A stretch of DNA of 63,903 bases, the filler included, from Octopus bimaculoides (lineage: Eukaryota), in the NCBI RefSeq assembly GCF_001194135.2. It is 4 parts of 4 records of this genome, joined end to end, with 100 filler letters (N's around TTAATTAATTAA, not from the genome) between each part and the next. Parts side by side here need not be neighbours in the genome. Positions count along the whole stretch, not along the records: positions 62,872 to 63,903 come from NC_069010.1; 3 more parts are not named here. One strand, written 5' to 3'. Shown piece after piece: positions 62,880 to 63,903 of the stretch. The notes beneath the pieces were generated by a model. The model made no database searches and was not told the origin of the DNA. It saw nothing but the letters and a program-made list of their open reading frames with translations. Position 1 is the stretch's first letter. Each line of letters opens with the position of its first letter. The position numbers and the translations under genes are program-made.

Positions 62880-63085
62880 TATAAGGATGTACTGGAAAGT
62901 TCCTGGCTGTGGGTAAAAGAAAATACAGGAGGATCAGTTAACTATGATTTTATTCAGCATATTCCCCTCTAAGATTCACACTTATTGCAGTGGTCTTTCA
63001 GTTTTTCTAAGCCCTGTAAAAGAACTCAGAGGGTTGGGCCTCCAGCCGGGTGTTTCGCAAAACCCTTAAAGCCAGAAAATTTTCA
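62880..63085 (-). mobile_element. Mariner-type 3' terminus
   Basis: Reverse complement homolog of 13490-13634 and 56110-56250. Confidence 0.6.
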
Positions 63086-63176
63086 GCAACTGGTTGTAAT
63101 TATATATAAGCATGCAGATACACACACGCTTGCACGTATATGCGTTCACACACACCTGGTTAAGTTTGCATATGTT

Positions 63177-63211
<35 letters not shown>

Positions 63212-63554
63212 ACATACACTTATGTACACAGTCAAACAGATGCACTTTCAAACAAACACACGCATATACACACACACAAATATTCACATACACACACAGA
63301 GGCACACACATGCACACACACACACACACACACTCACACACATACATGCAGAGGTGGATACACTTACAAGCTATCACACATACACAAACACCCACACACA
63401 CACATGTATACTCTTACACAAACACACATGCACACATACAAACACATATACATACACATACGCCCATACGCACATGGAAGCATGCACAAACACACACATA
63501 CAAACACATGTATGCACATACATCCACGTATACACAGAAATGCACAGACACAGC

Positions 63555-63592
<38 letters not shown>

Positions 63593-63903
63593 AATACACA
63601 CCCAAACTCTGTGTGGGACCGAACCCATGTCCCCAGGCATTGACTCTTCAATTAATCCTGGTCACATGACATGCTACATACACTAATTAGTTTGCTTGTT
63701 CTAATTGTCTTCAATGTCATGAGAACAGTGGGGCTGTACCACCACCACCACCACCACCACCACCACCACCACTAAAACCGCATGCGTCATACAGTCTGCC
63801 TTTTACTCTGAGTGAGAGTCCCTTTGTCGCCAGCAGGGGTAAGAGCTCTCTAAACTTTGCCCAGGCTATTCTTATTCTAGCAGCTACACTTTCAGCGCAC
63901 CCA

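Noticed and set aside
1-63903. CRISPR arrays, operons, rRNA, phage or other prokaryotic systems; telomeric arrays
   Set aside because: None seen. The sequence is eukaryotic intronic/intergenic DNA.

Overview
AT-rich eukaryotic (animal) scaffold, not prokaryotic. It has many N gaps and (AT)n/(CA)n/(AAT)n/(GGT)n microsatellites. The SINE/LINE repertoire looks like an octopus-type cephalopod (inference from recalled repeat families, not a database match). Most of the window is transposon debris: two R4/Dong-like RLE LINEs, several Penelope-like (GIY-YIG) 3' ends, RTE, CR1 and L2-like fragments, L1/Tx1-like ORF1 pieces, a Ty3/Gypsy LTR-PBS-gag stub, mariner, maT-like, pogo/Tigger and AcademX DNA transposons, and many tRNA-derived SINEs. 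One intact intron-containing tRNA-Leu(CAA) lies on the minus strand. Almost all long ORFs in the supplied track are microsatellite or gap artefacts. Two signals are invisible to that track. (1) A hand-assembled, phase-coherent chain of 18 very small GT-AG exons (13-76 nt; 3760-21386, + strand) encodes a 275-aa, signal-peptide-like, Cys- and sequon-bearing protein I do not recognise. (2) More than a dozen minimal hammerhead-ribozyme motifs of several unrelated families occur, including intact ones, core variants, and a fold-back pair. Repeat boundaries are approximate (tens of bp), and the gene model is a manual prediction that needs RNA evidence.
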